From the NCBI GenBank assembly GCA_016187745.1, contig JACPJC010000003.1:32001-96000 (forward strand): DNA of 64,000 nt, written 5' to 3'. The position numbers and the translations under genes were made by a program. Origin of the DNA: Candidatus Iainarchaeum sp. (GTDB lineage Archaea > Iainarchaeota > Iainarchaeia > Iainarchaeales > JAXPJC01). Below the pieces are notes generated by a model that did not search any database, was not told where the DNA came from, and saw nothing but the letters and a program-made list of their open reading frames with translations. This document shows positions 48,774 through 58,684 of this stretch, piece after piece; position 1 is the first letter of the stretch, and each line of letters opens with the position of its first letter.

Positions 48774-49001
48774 ATGACCTGCTGGATGATGTATCTGAAT
48801 TATGTGCGCAAGCTGCTGAAAAATAAAATTACCAATGACGAGGCTGTGGAAATCCTCAGGGATATTGAGGGGCAGTTCGGGCATGACAAGGTTACGATAA
48901 AGGCTGTAATTGATGCGGAGAAGGAAAATCTCATAAAAAGGCTTGGGAAGAAAGAAAAAAAGAGAAAAGAGAGGGAAACCGCGCTTGCTTCTTATGCATA
49001 A
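48774..49001 (+). CDS. Small hypothetical protein
   Basis: MTCWMMYLNYVRKLLKNK...; host-like codon style. Confidence 0.55.
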   Translation: MTCWMMYLNYVRKLLKNKITNDEAVEILRDIEGQFGHDKVTIKAVIDAEKENLIKRLGKKEKKRKERETALASYA

Positions 49002-49010
49002 ATGCTATTT

Positions 49011-50747
49011 TCAATCGTACTCAATTTCAAGGAATTTCGGGGAATTTTCAGCTTCAATTGCGATTGTTTTGGTAGGTTCAATGCTTGTGCTTTCCCCGTA
49101 CATATCAGTAAGTGTAACTGATTTTGGAGTTTGGCTCAGGGCAATTGTATAATCCGCCTTCTTGCTGTCAAAATCAATTGTTTGCCCCGCACGATATTCA
49201 AATGGCTTGAAGAAAATATATAATTCCTTTCCTGAATCTGAGGAGAATTTCTCAACCCATGCCTCATTTTCATTGTCGAATGCACCGCTGATGTGCCCCA
49301 CATAATTATATTTGTCCAATTTTGAAAAAAGGAGCGCTGCGCTTTCCACTGATTGCGGGGCGCTTCCATCCGGCCTGAGTGTTCCCCAGCGCCCCTCGCC
49401 TTCCTCGCTTCTGAGCCTTATTTTGAAGCTTATTACCCCTGAAAGGATTCCGTTTCCCGCGCTGTCCTGCAGCGTTTTCTTCAGTATCAGTTCCTGCAGG
49501 GTAAATGCCGCATCAATATCCTCATTTGTGAAAACTCCGCTTGCGCCGTCATAATTTTCCAGTCCAAATCCCCATGCGAATGCATTAACGTGCTCAGTGT
49601 CAATTATTCTCTTCGCGCTGAATCCGTTCATGTTCAGCAGCTCCCTTATTTCCAGCATTCCGGGAATTCCCGCATACTTGTTTGATGTTGGGACTCTTGT
49701 TGGCGGATACAAATTAGTAATTCCCCCGCCTGATGTTGTCGGGTCTCCGCTCGGATATCCGTGGAACGCCCAGAAATCAAATTTCGCTCCGCTCGCGCTG
49801 TCTGCAAAGCCCTCTATCAAATTTGTTGATATGCCCTCATCCCTAACAGGGTCGTTCTGATATTCAAATCCGGGGGTTCCGACCTGAATTTCCGGATATT
49901 TTGCCTTTATCAGATCATACGCCTTCGCGTTTATTTCCGCGAGGTCCTTTCCTGCGTTCTCCCATGATGCGGTATGCGCCGGGGAGTTCTCAAATTCAAC
50001 AAATTCTATATTTGCGCTTTCAGCATACTCATCCACAAACCAGAAATAGAAATTTGCAGCCCTTTCAATATAATCGCTGATGTCCTCGTTTGTTCCGCGC
50101 TTTTTGGGAGTGAGCATCGGAACCATGCTCCATTTGTTCTGCGAGAAGAATGCCGCAACCTCATCCAAATTCCCCCTGTCCTGGCATTTTGAAGGGGATG
50201 GAAGGCAAAGGTCTTTTGTATACTGCCCGTTCTCCAGCACCATATGTTCCTCCTTGAGCCTGTATTTCACATACGAGGTATTTATCACATTGTTTACAAC
50301 ATCAGCGGCATAATCCGCATTTGCTGCAGCCTCAACGCCCCATAGGAAGCCATCGGCATCGGTGCTGTAATCTCCGGTTGGAGAAATTTGCACTGAACAT
50401 TCATAGCCTCTTGTGCAATTGTTTTCATCGCGTATGGACTTCATGAAACCCCCGCGCTCTTTGCACTGCTCTTCAAGCTCCGGGGACGGCGACACAACAG
50501 TTGGGCAGTTGACATCGCTTATGCAGTCCTCAGGGCAGATGCCTTTCTCCTTTTCAATTGCTCCGCAAATTCCATCTCCGCACTTTCCTTTTGCGCCGTT
50601 TCCCTGCTGTTCGCATTTCTGCTTTTCAATATCGCTTACCTTCCCGTCCTTGTTCAAGTCGCATTCATCATATGTGACGCAGCCGCTGAGAAGAATAAGC
50701 GCAGCCAGTACAAGCGCAATTCCCAAAACAATTATTTTCCTGTCCAT
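49011..50747 (-). CDS. Secreted/lipoprotein with Cys-rich modules and clan GH-A-like TIM barrel
   Basis: LSGC lipobox-like, DLNKDGKV, CGDGIC...CPEDC, FDFWAFHGY, IIDTEH. Confidence 0.7.
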   Translation of the reverse strand: MDRKIIVLGIALVLAALILLSGCVTYDECDLNKDGKVSDIEKQKCEQQGNGAKGKCGDGICGAIEKEKGICPEDCISDVNCPTVVSPSPELEEQCKERGGFMKSIRDENNCTRGYECSVQISPTGDYSTDADGFLWGVEAAANADYAADVVNNVINTSYVKYRLKEEHMVLENGQYTKDLCLPSPSKCQDRGNLDEVAAFFSQNKWSMVPMLTPKKRGTNEDISDYIERAANFYFWFVDEYAESANIEFVEFENSPAHTASWENAGKDLAEINAKAYDLIKAKYPEIQVGTPGFEYQNDPVRDEGISTNLIEGFADSASGAKFDFWAFHGYPSGDPTTSGGGITNLYPPTRVPTSNKYAGIPGMLEIRELLNMNGFSAKRIIDTEHVNAFAWGFGLENYDGASGVFTNEDIDAAFTLQELILKKTLQDSAGNGILSGVISFKIRLRSEEGEGRWGTLRPDGSAPQSVESAALLFSKLDKYNYVGHISGAFDNENEAWVEKFSSDSGKELYIFFKPFEYRAGQTIDFDSKKADYTIALSQTPKSVTLTDMYGESTSIEPTKTIAIEAENSPKFLEIEYD

Positions 50748-50993
50748 GTGCCTTGTTCCAATATATAAATTAAGCATTATAAAAAGCTTTCCCTTTAATC
50801 AGAAAATAACTGCGCAATCGCCAGCAAAAACATTTATAAACACTTGGTGTTTGAATTTTTATATTGAGGTGAAGCCTGATGAAATTCTTTTATGAAGAGG
50901 AAGAGGAAGAGTTCTAATTTTCTTGAAAGAGTGGAAAACCATAAGAAACTACGGGTTTCTTATTTTTTAATCTATTTGTCCATTTTATTTACC

Positions 50994-51458
50994 ATGGCCG
51001 AGTTGCAAAACCTTTCGCTGAGGGAGGCGGAACTGCGGGATGCCGAGCAGATCCAGAGAAATATTTTTCCGAATAAAACGATTGAGCAGATAGAAAACAG
51101 GATAAATTCTGCGCACAAGAGGCGCATTGTTGCCGAATACAATAATGAAATAATCGGATATGCTGTTCTGGCATTCAGAACAGTTCCGCATGCGCATACT
51201 GCGCTGCTGCATTCGCTCTTTGTAAAAGAGAATTTCCGCAATGTTGGAATTGGAAGGGCAATTGTTGAATATGCAGAAAGGCTCGCGCTGCAGAATGGAA
51301 TTGAAATCCTGCTGCTTGAGGCTGGCGCGGAGAATAAAAACGCGATACCGCTCTACAAAAAACTGGGCTTTGAGGAATATGGGCTGTTGAAGAACGGCTA
51401 TAAAAAAGACGGCAATTACAAGGACCTTGCGCTGATGAAAAAATCTTTGGGGAAGTAA
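50994..51458 (+). CDS. GNAT acetyltransferase
   Basis: V...FR..GIG, N..AI.LYKK.GF. Confidence 0.9.
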   Translation: MAELQNLSLREAELRDAEQIQRNIFPNKTIEQIENRINSAHKRRIVAEYNNEIIGYAVLAFRTVPHAHTALLHSLFVKENFRNVGIGRAIVEYAERLALQNGIEILLLEAGAENKNAIPLYKKLGFEEYGLLKNGYKKDGNYKDLALMKKSLGK

Positions 51459-51459
51459 A

Positions 51460-52299
51460 ATGCGCCTTGCAATTATCGGCTCAACCAGCAGCTATGGCTC
51501 GAAGCGCATCCTTGAGGAGGCGCAGAAGCGCAGGCATTATGCTGAATTGATTGCTATTGATGATGTGTTGAATAAAACAAAAAGCCTTTCCGAATTTGAT
51601 GCAGCGCTTTTTTACGGAATCAGCCTGCACCCAAAAGAGGCAAGCGAAATGGCTGCGCGCTTGCTCAAAAACAAAAAAACTGTTGTTGATGAGGTTATTG
51701 CAGGGGGAATTTTGAACAACAAAATGAACACATGCGGGAAAATGCAGGGCGTAAATATCCCCTATCCGAAATCATTTGAATTTGACAATTTGCAGGACGC
51801 GATAAGGAAAATCGCGCAGCTTGACTTTCCCATTGTGATAAAGCCGCTTGACGGGAGGAAGGGAAGGGGCATTGAGGTGTTTGACTGCATGGAGGAAGCC
51901 GCAGTTTATCTCTCAAGGAACGGAACTGAGAACAAAATGGCGCAGGAATTCATCCCCAATGCGGGGAATGACATAAGGGTAATTGCAATCGGCGGAAAGG
52001 CGCTTGGCGCAATCAGGAGGATTGCAAAGAGGGGGGAATTCCGCGCAAATATCGCATTGGGCGCAAGCGCAGAGAAAACAGAACTCACAAATGAGCTGAA
52101 AACCATTGCGGAAAAGGCAGCGCAGGCAATGCATTATGAATTTGCAGGCATTGACATAATTGAGGATGCGCATACCGGCAAGTTATTTGTCCTTGAAGTG
52201 AACAGGAGCCCGCAGTTTGAGGCATTTGAGAAATGCACAAAAATCAATGTCGCGGGGGAGCTGGTAAAGTATATTGAAGGAAAATGCGTGAAAAATTAG
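51460..52299 (+). CDS. RimK-family ATP-grasp ligase
   Basis: IKP..G.KGRG, QEFI, DIRV, FRAN...G, GID, LEVN..P. Confidence 0.9.
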   Translation: MRLAIIGSTSSYGSKRILEEAQKRRHYAELIAIDDVLNKTKSLSEFDAALFYGISLHPKEASEMAARLLKNKKTVVDEVIAGGILNNKMNTCGKMQGVNIPYPKSFEFDNLQDAIRKIAQLDFPIVIKPLDGRKGRGIEVFDCMEEAAVYLSRNGTENKMAQEFIPNAGNDIRVIAIGGKALGAIRRIAKRGEFRANIALGASAEKTELTNELKTIAEKAAQAMHYEFAGIDIIEDAHTGKLFVLEVNRSPQFEAFEKCTKINVAGELVKYIEGKCVKN

Positions 52300-52895
52300 C
52301 TCTTTAATTTTATTGCAATTATTCGCATCGGTTTTACTTTATCTTTTAGTTCTGGATTTTTTTCTAAATAGTTTGAAATCTTCCCAAGAAATGTTGTTCT
52401 ACTGAATTTTGTTTCGGATAATGGTTTTATAGTATAACTGAAGCCTGATGCATTAAGAATTTCTTGCGTAGGCCGGAGATTGTCATTATATTCAGTAATA
52501 ACGAATCTGCCGTTTGGAACTAAAATTCTTTTAATCTGTTTTGCTACTTCTATTCTTTGATTTTGGAACTCTTTTTCAAAAAATGTGCTTCGCCAACCAA
52601 GAACAGATGGATCAAACCCCCCAACTTTGAATTCGGTAAATAAAAAATCAGCAGTAATAATTTTTACTGATTCTGAAGGTAATCTTCTTAATTTATTTAG
52701 GGCATCCCCCCATACCAATTTTAGATTATGCCTCCTCGTCATTAGTCCTTTTTGCTTTGTCCATTCTATTCCCATAAATTTTTTGTTTTTATGCTGCCTT
52801 TTGGAAGCGAAGTATGTCAATCCCTTGGCATCTTCAAAACCTAGGTCTAATAAATTAATGGTGGGTTTTGGGCATCGGCTTTTAGGTAGCGGCAT
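52296..52895 (-). CDS. Divergent class I methyltransferase-like protein with MPLPK N-terminus
   Basis: LLDLG, FMGIE, GDA, RILVPNGRF; AT-rich. Confidence 0.65.
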   Translation of the reverse strand: MPLPKSRCPKPTINLLDLGFEDAKGLTYFASKRQHKNKKFMGIEWTKQKGLMTRRHNLKLVWGDALNKLRRLPSESVKIITADFLFTEFKVGGFDPSVLGWRSTFFEKEFQNQRIEVAKQIKRILVPNGRFVITEYNDNLRPTQEILNASGFSYTIKPLSETKFSRTTFLGKISNYLEKNPELKDKVKPMRIIAIKLKS

Positions 52896-52925
52896 AGTAA
52901 AAATAAGGCATTCATAAATTAAAAT

Positions 52926-53357
52926 CTATTTATTTCTGAGTCTTTCCCTTATTTTTGAGCTCTTGTGCTCCTCGGGCTTGTAAGGCGCAATCCTCACTAT
53001 TTCTGGATTGAGATGCAGTTTGTGCAGCTCGCTCCTCAGGAATTCATCGCTCGGCCTCTGGTCATATCCAAGCGCAATAATATCAGGGTTTATTTTCTTG
53101 ACTAACCTGTATTTATCCTCATAATTCTCATCGCCGAGAAGAGCCTTATCCACGAATTTCAGTTTTTTAACTTCCCTGAGCCTTTCCTTCTCGCTTTGCT
53201 TCGGGAGATAGCCCTTCGCGCGCCATACGTTCAAATCCCTGGCAACAATTACGGCCAGTCTATTTCCCAGTTTTTTTGCCTCGCGCAAATAAAATTCATG
53301 CCCCTTGTGCAATAGGTCAAATGTGCCGAATGCCAGCACTTTAATGCTCTTTCGCAT
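52926..53357 (-). CDS. ribL: FAD synthase (archaeal cytidylyltransferase family)
   Basis: FGTFDLLHKGH, VARD, PDIIALGYDQ, SS.I. Confidence 0.85.
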   Translation of the reverse strand: MRKSIKVLAFGTFDLLHKGHEFYLREAKKLGNRLAVIVARDLNVWRAKGYLPKQSEKERLREVKKLKFVDKALLGDENYEDKYRLVKKINPDIIALGYDQRPSDEFLRSELHKLHLNPEIVRIAPYKPEEHKSSKIRERLRNK

Positions 53358-53388
53358 ATTCCCAAAATAATTATGAACGTGCGCTTTT

Positions 53389-53664
53389 TTATCCATAAGC
53401 GTCGTCATGGTGCTTGAGCTTTACAAGAACAACTGCGCCCTCCTGCTCTTTTATGCCATAAAGCAGGACAAAGCTTTTCATGATGTGGACCCTTCTCAGG
53501 CCCTGCAGCGGGCTGCGCAGCGGCTTGAATCTGAATGGATTTTGGAGAATTTCTTCAGCTTTGCTGTCAATCGCCTTTTTAAATTCGGGATTCTTCCTGG
53601 CTAATTTCCTATACGCTTTGTCAAACTCACTTGTGGTTTCAAGTGCAAAAGCCATCAGAATCAC
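53389..53664 (-). CDS. RelE/ParE-family toxin
   Basis: F.K.Y.KL, NP.R.KPL...L.G.RRVH, HHDDAY. Confidence 0.88.
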   Translation of the reverse strand: MILMAFALETTSEFDKAYRKLARKNPEFKKAIDSKAEEILQNPFRFKPLRSPLQGLRRVHIMKSFVLLYGIKEQEGAVVLVKLKHHDDAYG

Positions 53665-53966
53665 TTTAACAGTTCATCAAGGCTTTTGATTCTCTTGGGC
53701 CTGCTTTTGCTTGCCTGCATGGCTTCCTTGACAAACTCGGGCTTATAATTCATTTCATCAACGGGGTGCCAGTCAATTTCATCCATCCAATCCCACTCCT
53801 CTTCAGTTATGGGCTTTCTCTCCATGTACTTCTGCAGTATTTCCAGTTTTTTCATCCGTTTGGCTTCCTTCCTTATGGCTTCCCTGGCTATTTCCGTCCA
53901 TTTGATCTGCCTGTGGCTTTTAACCAAAGTTTCCAATTCCCCGCTGACAGATAAAGTAATGTTCAT
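53661..53966 (-). CDS. Antitoxin (RHH-like) of the RelE pair
   Basis: MNITLSV...IKW.EIAR.AI; overlaps the toxin start. Confidence 0.8.
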   Translation of the reverse strand: MNITLSVSGELETLVKSHRQIKWTEIAREAIRKEAKRMKKLEILQKYMERKPITEEEWDWMDEIDWHPVDEMNYKPEFVKEAMQASKSRPKRIKSLDELLK

Positions 53967-53982
53967 CTTGAATCACAATAAA

Positions 53983-53997
53983 TATGTGAATCACATA
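53983..53997. promoter_or_regulatory. Palindromic operator of the TA pair
   Basis: TATGTGA-A-TCACATA between TATA-like ATTTAAAT and the antitoxin start. Confidence 0.6.
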
Positions 53998-54109
53998 ATA
54001 TTTAAATATATGTTTAAAGGCGCATGGCGCTTATGGATTTCTGCGGTTTTTCGCCAGCAATAAACCTATAAATATAGTATGAATACTAATATTGGCAAGT
54101 TGTGATTTA

Positions 54110-55087
54110 ATGGCTAAATTAACCCCAGAAGAGCGCATGGAAATCATAAGGCGCAATTCCGCCGAGATAGTTACGGAAGAGGAGGTTGCGCAATTATTGC
54201 AGGGAAAGAAGAAGCCTGTTGCCTATTGCGGATATGAGCCTTCCGGGGAGCTGCACATAGGGCACCTGGTAACGCTTCTCAAGCTGCTTGATATGGAAAA
54301 GGCAGGCTTCCAGGTGAAGGTTCTTCTTGCGGACTGGCACGCATGGCTGAATAAAAAAGGCGACTGGAAAACAATCCATGAAAGCGCAAAATTATACGAA
54401 AAGGCGTGCAGGAAAATCGGCTTCAGGAATGCAAAATTCTTCCTCGGGAGCAAATTCCAGAGAAAGCAGAATTACATTGATGATGTTTTCATGCTTGCGC
54501 TCCATACCACAATCAACAGGGGCCTGAGAAGCATGCAGGAAGTGGCGCGCGATGTGGAAAACGCAACAATCTCCCAGACGCTTTATCCCCTGATGCAGAT
54601 TGCGGACATAAAATACCTTGGGGCGGATGTTGCCGAAGCCGGGCTGGAGCAGAGGAAAATTCACATGCTTGCCCGCGAGACGCTTGAGCTTATAAAATAC
54701 AGGAAGCCCGCGTTTGTTCACACCCCCCTGATAAATTCATTGCAAGGGCCTGGCGCAAAAATGTCAAGCTCTGTGCCTGAAAGCTTCATTTCTGTAAGAG
54801 ACAGCGCGGAGGAAATAAAAAACAAGATAAACAAGGCATTCTGCCCCGAAGGCATAATTGAAAACAACCCCGTGCTTGAAATAACAAAGCTGATTGTTTT
54901 CCCGAAAATTACACTGCTTGAGATAAACAGGCCCGAGAAGTTCGGGGGCGCTGTTTCCTTCGGCAGCTATGAGGCGCTGGAAAAGGCGTTTGCGAACAAG
55001 GAGCTCCATCCGATGGACCTGAAGAGTGCTGTTGCGGAAAAGCTTGCTGAGATTTTAGAACCAATACGAAGGGAATTCAAAAAGTAA
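54110..55087 (+). CDS. tyrS: Tyrosine--tRNA ligase (archaeal type)
   Basis: GYEPSG.LHIGH, LADWHA, YP.MQ..D, KMSSS, LHPMDLK. Confidence 0.96.
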   Translation: MAKLTPEERMEIIRRNSAEIVTEEEVAQLLQGKKKPVAYCGYEPSGELHIGHLVTLLKLLDMEKAGFQVKVLLADWHAWLNKKGDWKTIHESAKLYEKACRKIGFRNAKFFLGSKFQRKQNYIDDVFMLALHTTINRGLRSMQEVARDVENATISQTLYPLMQIADIKYLGADVAEAGLEQRKIHMLARETLELIKYRKPAFVHTPLINSLQGPGAKMSSSVPESFISVRDSAEEIKNKINKAFCPEGIIENNPVLEITKLIVFPKITLLEINRPEKFGGAVSFGSYEALEKAFANKELHPMDLKSAVAEKLAEILEPIRREFKK

Positions 55088-55365
55088 TGGGGATGAATAT
55101 GGGAAGAAAGGGGCCGGGCTCAAAGAGATTTGTTTCAGGGACGCAGCTGTTTATGGATAAGCCGGAGTGGAAACCCAAATTCGGGGAACAGCAGGAAACA
55201 TTTATCAGAAGGGTTTTTAGGAAAATGAGGGACCCGTACAAGGTTGCGGAAGTCGCCCGCAAGCGCGGGACAAGATTAAGGGAAGGCAGGCTTAGAAGAA
55301 TGGTTAAAAGAAGGCCCGTGGAAGGCGGTTCTCGAGCAAATCTGCGCAGACCCCAGACTAATTAA
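55087..55365 (+). CDS. Very basic orphan protein
   Basis: 92 aa, R/K-rich. Confidence 0.5.
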   Translation: MGMNMGRKGPGSKRFVSGTQLFMDKPEWKPKFGEQQETFIRRVFRKMRDPYKVAEVARKRGTRLREGRLRRMVKRRPVEGGSRANLRRPQTN

Positions 55366-55429
55366 ACTTAATTCTGCAAAAGTAAAACTTTATATATCCC
55401 TTAATCCCTTAATTAAAGCATTTGAGAAT

Positions 55430-56071
55430 ATGAATCCGCTTAATTTCCTGATAAAGCCTCGCGCAGAAATAGACAGGGCATTTGAAAAGCCGAATATCGG
55501 GCTTGCGGCAATACTTGTGGTTCTGCCGAGCATAATTGCATATGCCGCGCTTGCCTTGCTGATTGGCTTCAATCCCGTGTCATTTTCCCTGCAGCTTATT
55601 TATGATTTGGTGTTTTGGGTAATTGCAGGCGCGATAATCTATGTTGCTGCTGCAATACTGCACAGCAGGAAGGGGAGAAAATTCAAGAACGTATGCACAG
55701 CGCTTGCGCTCTTCAAGACAATTTCAATAATCCTCCTTGTGCTGTTCTTTATAGTGCTGCTTGTGGGAATCCCAAACTTCCTGCCGGCGCTCAATGACTT
55801 AAGCTTAAACCAGACAACAAGCGATTTCCTTACTGGAAAAATAAGCCAGGCAGGGTATGCGGGGAAATTCGCGCTGTTTTTGGTCCAGTCAACAGCCGGA
55901 GCAAACTTTCCTGTAATAATGCTTCTTTTTGCGCTCATGGCAATTGCGCTGCTTTACGCATTCTATCTGCTTTATGTGTTCAATTCGGAAGTTTTCGGAT
56001 ATGCATTCATTGGGAGCCTCATAATAACGCTTATACTCTATCTCCCGGTGATTTTCCTGCTTGTTTTCTGA
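55430..56071 (+). CDS. Yip1-like membrane protein
   Basis: N-terminal L..P...F followed by 5 TM segments. Confidence 0.65.
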   Translation: MNPLNFLIKPRAEIDRAFEKPNIGLAAILVVLPSIIAYAALALLIGFNPVSFSLQLIYDLVFWVIAGAIIYVAAAILHSRKGRKFKNVCTALALFKTISIILLVLFFIVLLVGIPNFLPALNDLSLNQTTSDFLTGKISQAGYAGKFALFLVQSTAGANFPVIMLLFALMAIALLYAFYLLYVFNSEVFGYAFIGSLIITLILYLPVIFLLVF

Positions 56072-56130
56072 ATTCTCCATTAAATTGTTCCAATCGCGCG
56101 GTCGGCCGGATGTTGAGGCAAAGTGGCGGC

Positions 56131-56553
56131 CTATACCGGCTTCCTTAATTTATAAAATAACTCTTGAATCGACCTGATTTTATATTTTTCCCCATAGTCC
56201 CTCATAATGCCCGATTCCCATTCAGTTATTGCTTTCAAGCGCACGTATGCGCTTGCATATGCCCTTCGCCGCATTTCTTTATCGCCTGCAACAAATGCTA
56301 TTTGGTTTGGCAAGCGGTGAAGCAGCTCACTTTGCTCAGCTTTTATTTTAAGTATTTCCGACATTCTCTCGCTCAATCCTTCCGGGCTGCGGTTTTTGAT
56401 TAGGTCAGTTTCAGGGAATTTCGAGAGGTTTATCTTCTCAGGCGCAAATCCTTCCGGAAAGAGCCACACTGTTGTGAACTTTCCATACGGGGTTCTGCGT
56501 ATCTTGGCCGGCTTATTGAAATCAGTGCGCTTGCTAAAAGGAAGTTCCGGCAT
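56131..56553 (-). CDS. Basic orphan protein
   Basis: MPELPFSKR..., divergent from 56607. Confidence 0.6.
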   Translation of the reverse strand: MPELPFSKRTDFNKPAKIRRTPYGKFTTVWLFPEGFAPEKINLSKFPETDLIKNRSPEGLSERMSEILKIKAEQSELLHRLPNQIAFVAGDKEMRRRAYASAYVRLKAITEWESGIMRDYGEKYKIRSIQELFYKLRKPV

Positions 56554-56606
56554 ACTAATATTTGATAAATCCCAATATTTAAATACTTCCCCTCAATTAA
56601 TCAATA

Positions 56607-57248
56607 ATGCCTATGCGCCCGGTAAAAGGAAGCCAACAGCCGCAATTGGAATTTAAATTTGCCAGAAGGATGCCTGGCGCCACTTCAGGGATGCAAAAGC
56701 CAAAGCGCATTCCCAAGAACAAAAGAAAGTATTATACCAGGCAGATGGAGGAATATATTTCGAGCTTGTTGGATTCGGAAAATCCGCAAAAAAGGCCGAT
56801 TGACCGGCAATTAAGATTTACCTTTGCAGATATAAAACAGTTCCCTAAAGGCATAAAGCCCCTTTCAGAAATATCTATTGAAGAGGCGCACATGGACAAA
56901 AGAGATTTTGCAAAAGTAAAAATTGGCAAAGAGAATTACTTCTTTCTGCCTAAAGGCCTGAATGAATTGTACAAGCGGGACATTGTGCGGGACATTGCGA
57001 CATTGTTTGATGAGGTAAATGCGCTTGTTGCCGAAGGCAAAATAGATGTGGGGCATGTTGCAAAAGACAGCATACCGCCGGTGCTTCATGCCGTTGAACC
57101 AAGGGTTCTGGAGCTTTCACAGAAAAAACTCCCCTCCCTAACAAGAAATGAGCAAAAAACATTGCAAATTGCAAACGCTTTCCTGAGAAGAGCATTGCCA
57201 TTGCCGCGAAAAAGCTGGCGCGGGCAATATCCTGCGGGGGCGAGATGA
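56607..57248 (+). CDS. Basic orphan protein
   Basis: MPMRPVKG..., overlaps the cysS start. Confidence 0.65.
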   Translation: MPMRPVKGSQQPQLEFKFARRMPGATSGMQKPKRIPKNKRKYYTRQMEEYISSLLDSENPQKRPIDRQLRFTFADIKQFPKGIKPLSEISIEEAHMDKRDFAKVKIGKENYFFLPKGLNELYKRDIVRDIATLFDEVNALVAEGKIDVGHVAKDSIPPVLHAVEPRVLELSQKKLPSLTRNEQKTLQIANAFLRRALPLPRKSWRGQYPAGAR

Positions 57249-58645
57249 TGGCTCTTAAATTCTTCAACACGCTTTCAAGGCGCAAGGAAACCTTCAAGCC
57301 CCTTAAGGGAAAGGAGGTGCGCATGTACACCTGCGGCCCCACAGTTTATGATTATGCGCACATTGGGAATTTCCGCGCATATGTGTGGGAGGACATTCTG
57401 AGGCGCTATCTGAAATACAGGGGCTTCAGGGTGAAGCAGGTAATGAACCTTACGGATGTTGATGACAAGACCATAAAGGGCGCGCATGCGCAGGGGATTC
57501 CGCTGCAGGATTTCACTTCAAAATACAAAAAGGCGTTTTTCGGGGACATTGCAAAACTGAATATTGAAAAGGCGGAAATCTATCCTTCAGCCACAGAGCA
57601 CATAAATGAAATGGTCGCGCTCATACAGAAACTGCTCAGGAAGAAAATTGCATATAAGGGAGAGGATGGCAGCATTTACTACAACATCAAAAAGTTCAAA
57701 AATTACGGGAAACTGAGCAAATTCAGATTGCGCAAGCTGATTGCGGGAAAAAGGGTTAAGCAGGATGAGTACGCAAAGGAGGTCGCAAGCGATTTTGCAT
57801 TGTGGAAGGCGTGGGATTCTGCAGACGGGGATGTTTTCTGGGAAACTCCCCTTGGGAAGGGCAGGCCGGGCTGGCACATCGAGTGCAGCGCAATGAGCAT
57901 GAAATATCTGGGGGAAACATTTGACATTCACACTGGCGGAATAGACAACATGTTCCCGCATCACGAGAATGAAATTGCGCAGAGCGAGGCCGCAACAGGA
58001 AAGAAATTTGTTAAATGCTGGATGCACTGCAGGCATCTGCTGGTAGAGAATAAAAAAATGTCAAAGAGCCTCGGAAACTTTTATGCGCTGAGAGACCTGC
58101 AGAATTATGATGCAAGCGCAATCCGCTATCTGCTCCTGGCAACGCACTACAGGAAGGAGCTGAATTTCACGCTGCAGGGCCTTGAAGGCGCAAAGAACAT
58201 AATCAATCATTTCAATGAAACCATAAGGAGATTGCAAAATGCTGCGGGAAAAGAAAATAAAAATATGCAAAAATTAATCAGGGAAATAAAAGCTGAATTT
58301 GAGAGTGCGATGGATGATGACCTGGACATTACAAAGGCGCTTTCAGCGCTCTCCGGGTTTGAGAAGCAGATAAATAAGGCAATTGATGCGGGCGAATTAA
58401 GCGGAAATAATGCAAAAGAGGCTATTGAATTTTTGCGGGGGATTGATTCTGTGCTGGGAATAATGAAATTTGAATCTGGGGAACTCAAACTGGGCGCGGA
58501 AGTGGAAAGACTGATTGAAGAAAGGGAAAATGCAAGAAAGGAAAAGAACTTCGCAAGGGCCGACGAGATACGCGCAAAGCTGAAGGAACTGGGCTATGCG
58601 CTTGATGACACCCCTGAAGGCGCAAAAGCAAGGAAAATTGCATAA
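57245..58645 (+). CDS. cysS: Cysteine--tRNA ligase
   Basis: CGPTVY..AHIGN, DFALWK, GRPGWHIECSAM, FPHHENE, KMSKS. Confidence 0.97.
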   Translation: MMALKFFNTLSRRKETFKPLKGKEVRMYTCGPTVYDYAHIGNFRAYVWEDILRRYLKYRGFRVKQVMNLTDVDDKTIKGAHAQGIPLQDFTSKYKKAFFGDIAKLNIEKAEIYPSATEHINEMVALIQKLLRKKIAYKGEDGSIYYNIKKFKNYGKLSKFRLRKLIAGKRVKQDEYAKEVASDFALWKAWDSADGDVFWETPLGKGRPGWHIECSAMSMKYLGETFDIHTGGIDNMFPHHENEIAQSEAATGKKFVKCWMHCRHLLVENKKMSKSLGNFYALRDLQNYDASAIRYLLLATHYRKELNFTLQGLEGAKNIINHFNETIRRLQNAAGKENKNMQKLIREIKAEFESAMDDDLDITKALSALSGFEKQINKAIDAGELSGNNAKEAIEFLRGIDSVLGIMKFESGELKLGAEVERLIEERENARKEKNFARADEIRAKLKELGYALDDTPEGAKARKIA

Positions 58646-58684
58646 TCATTATAAATTGCAATATTCTATTCCTATTGTGGTTTT

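Noticed and set aside
50892-50993. Basic N-terminal extension of the GNAT
   Set aside because: Reads through AT-rich intergenic DNA; the GNAT fold starts at ATG 50994.
55080-55385. AAAAGTAA at the tyrS end and again after the basic orphan, as a target duplication
   Set aside because: Only 8 A-rich bp; expected by chance.
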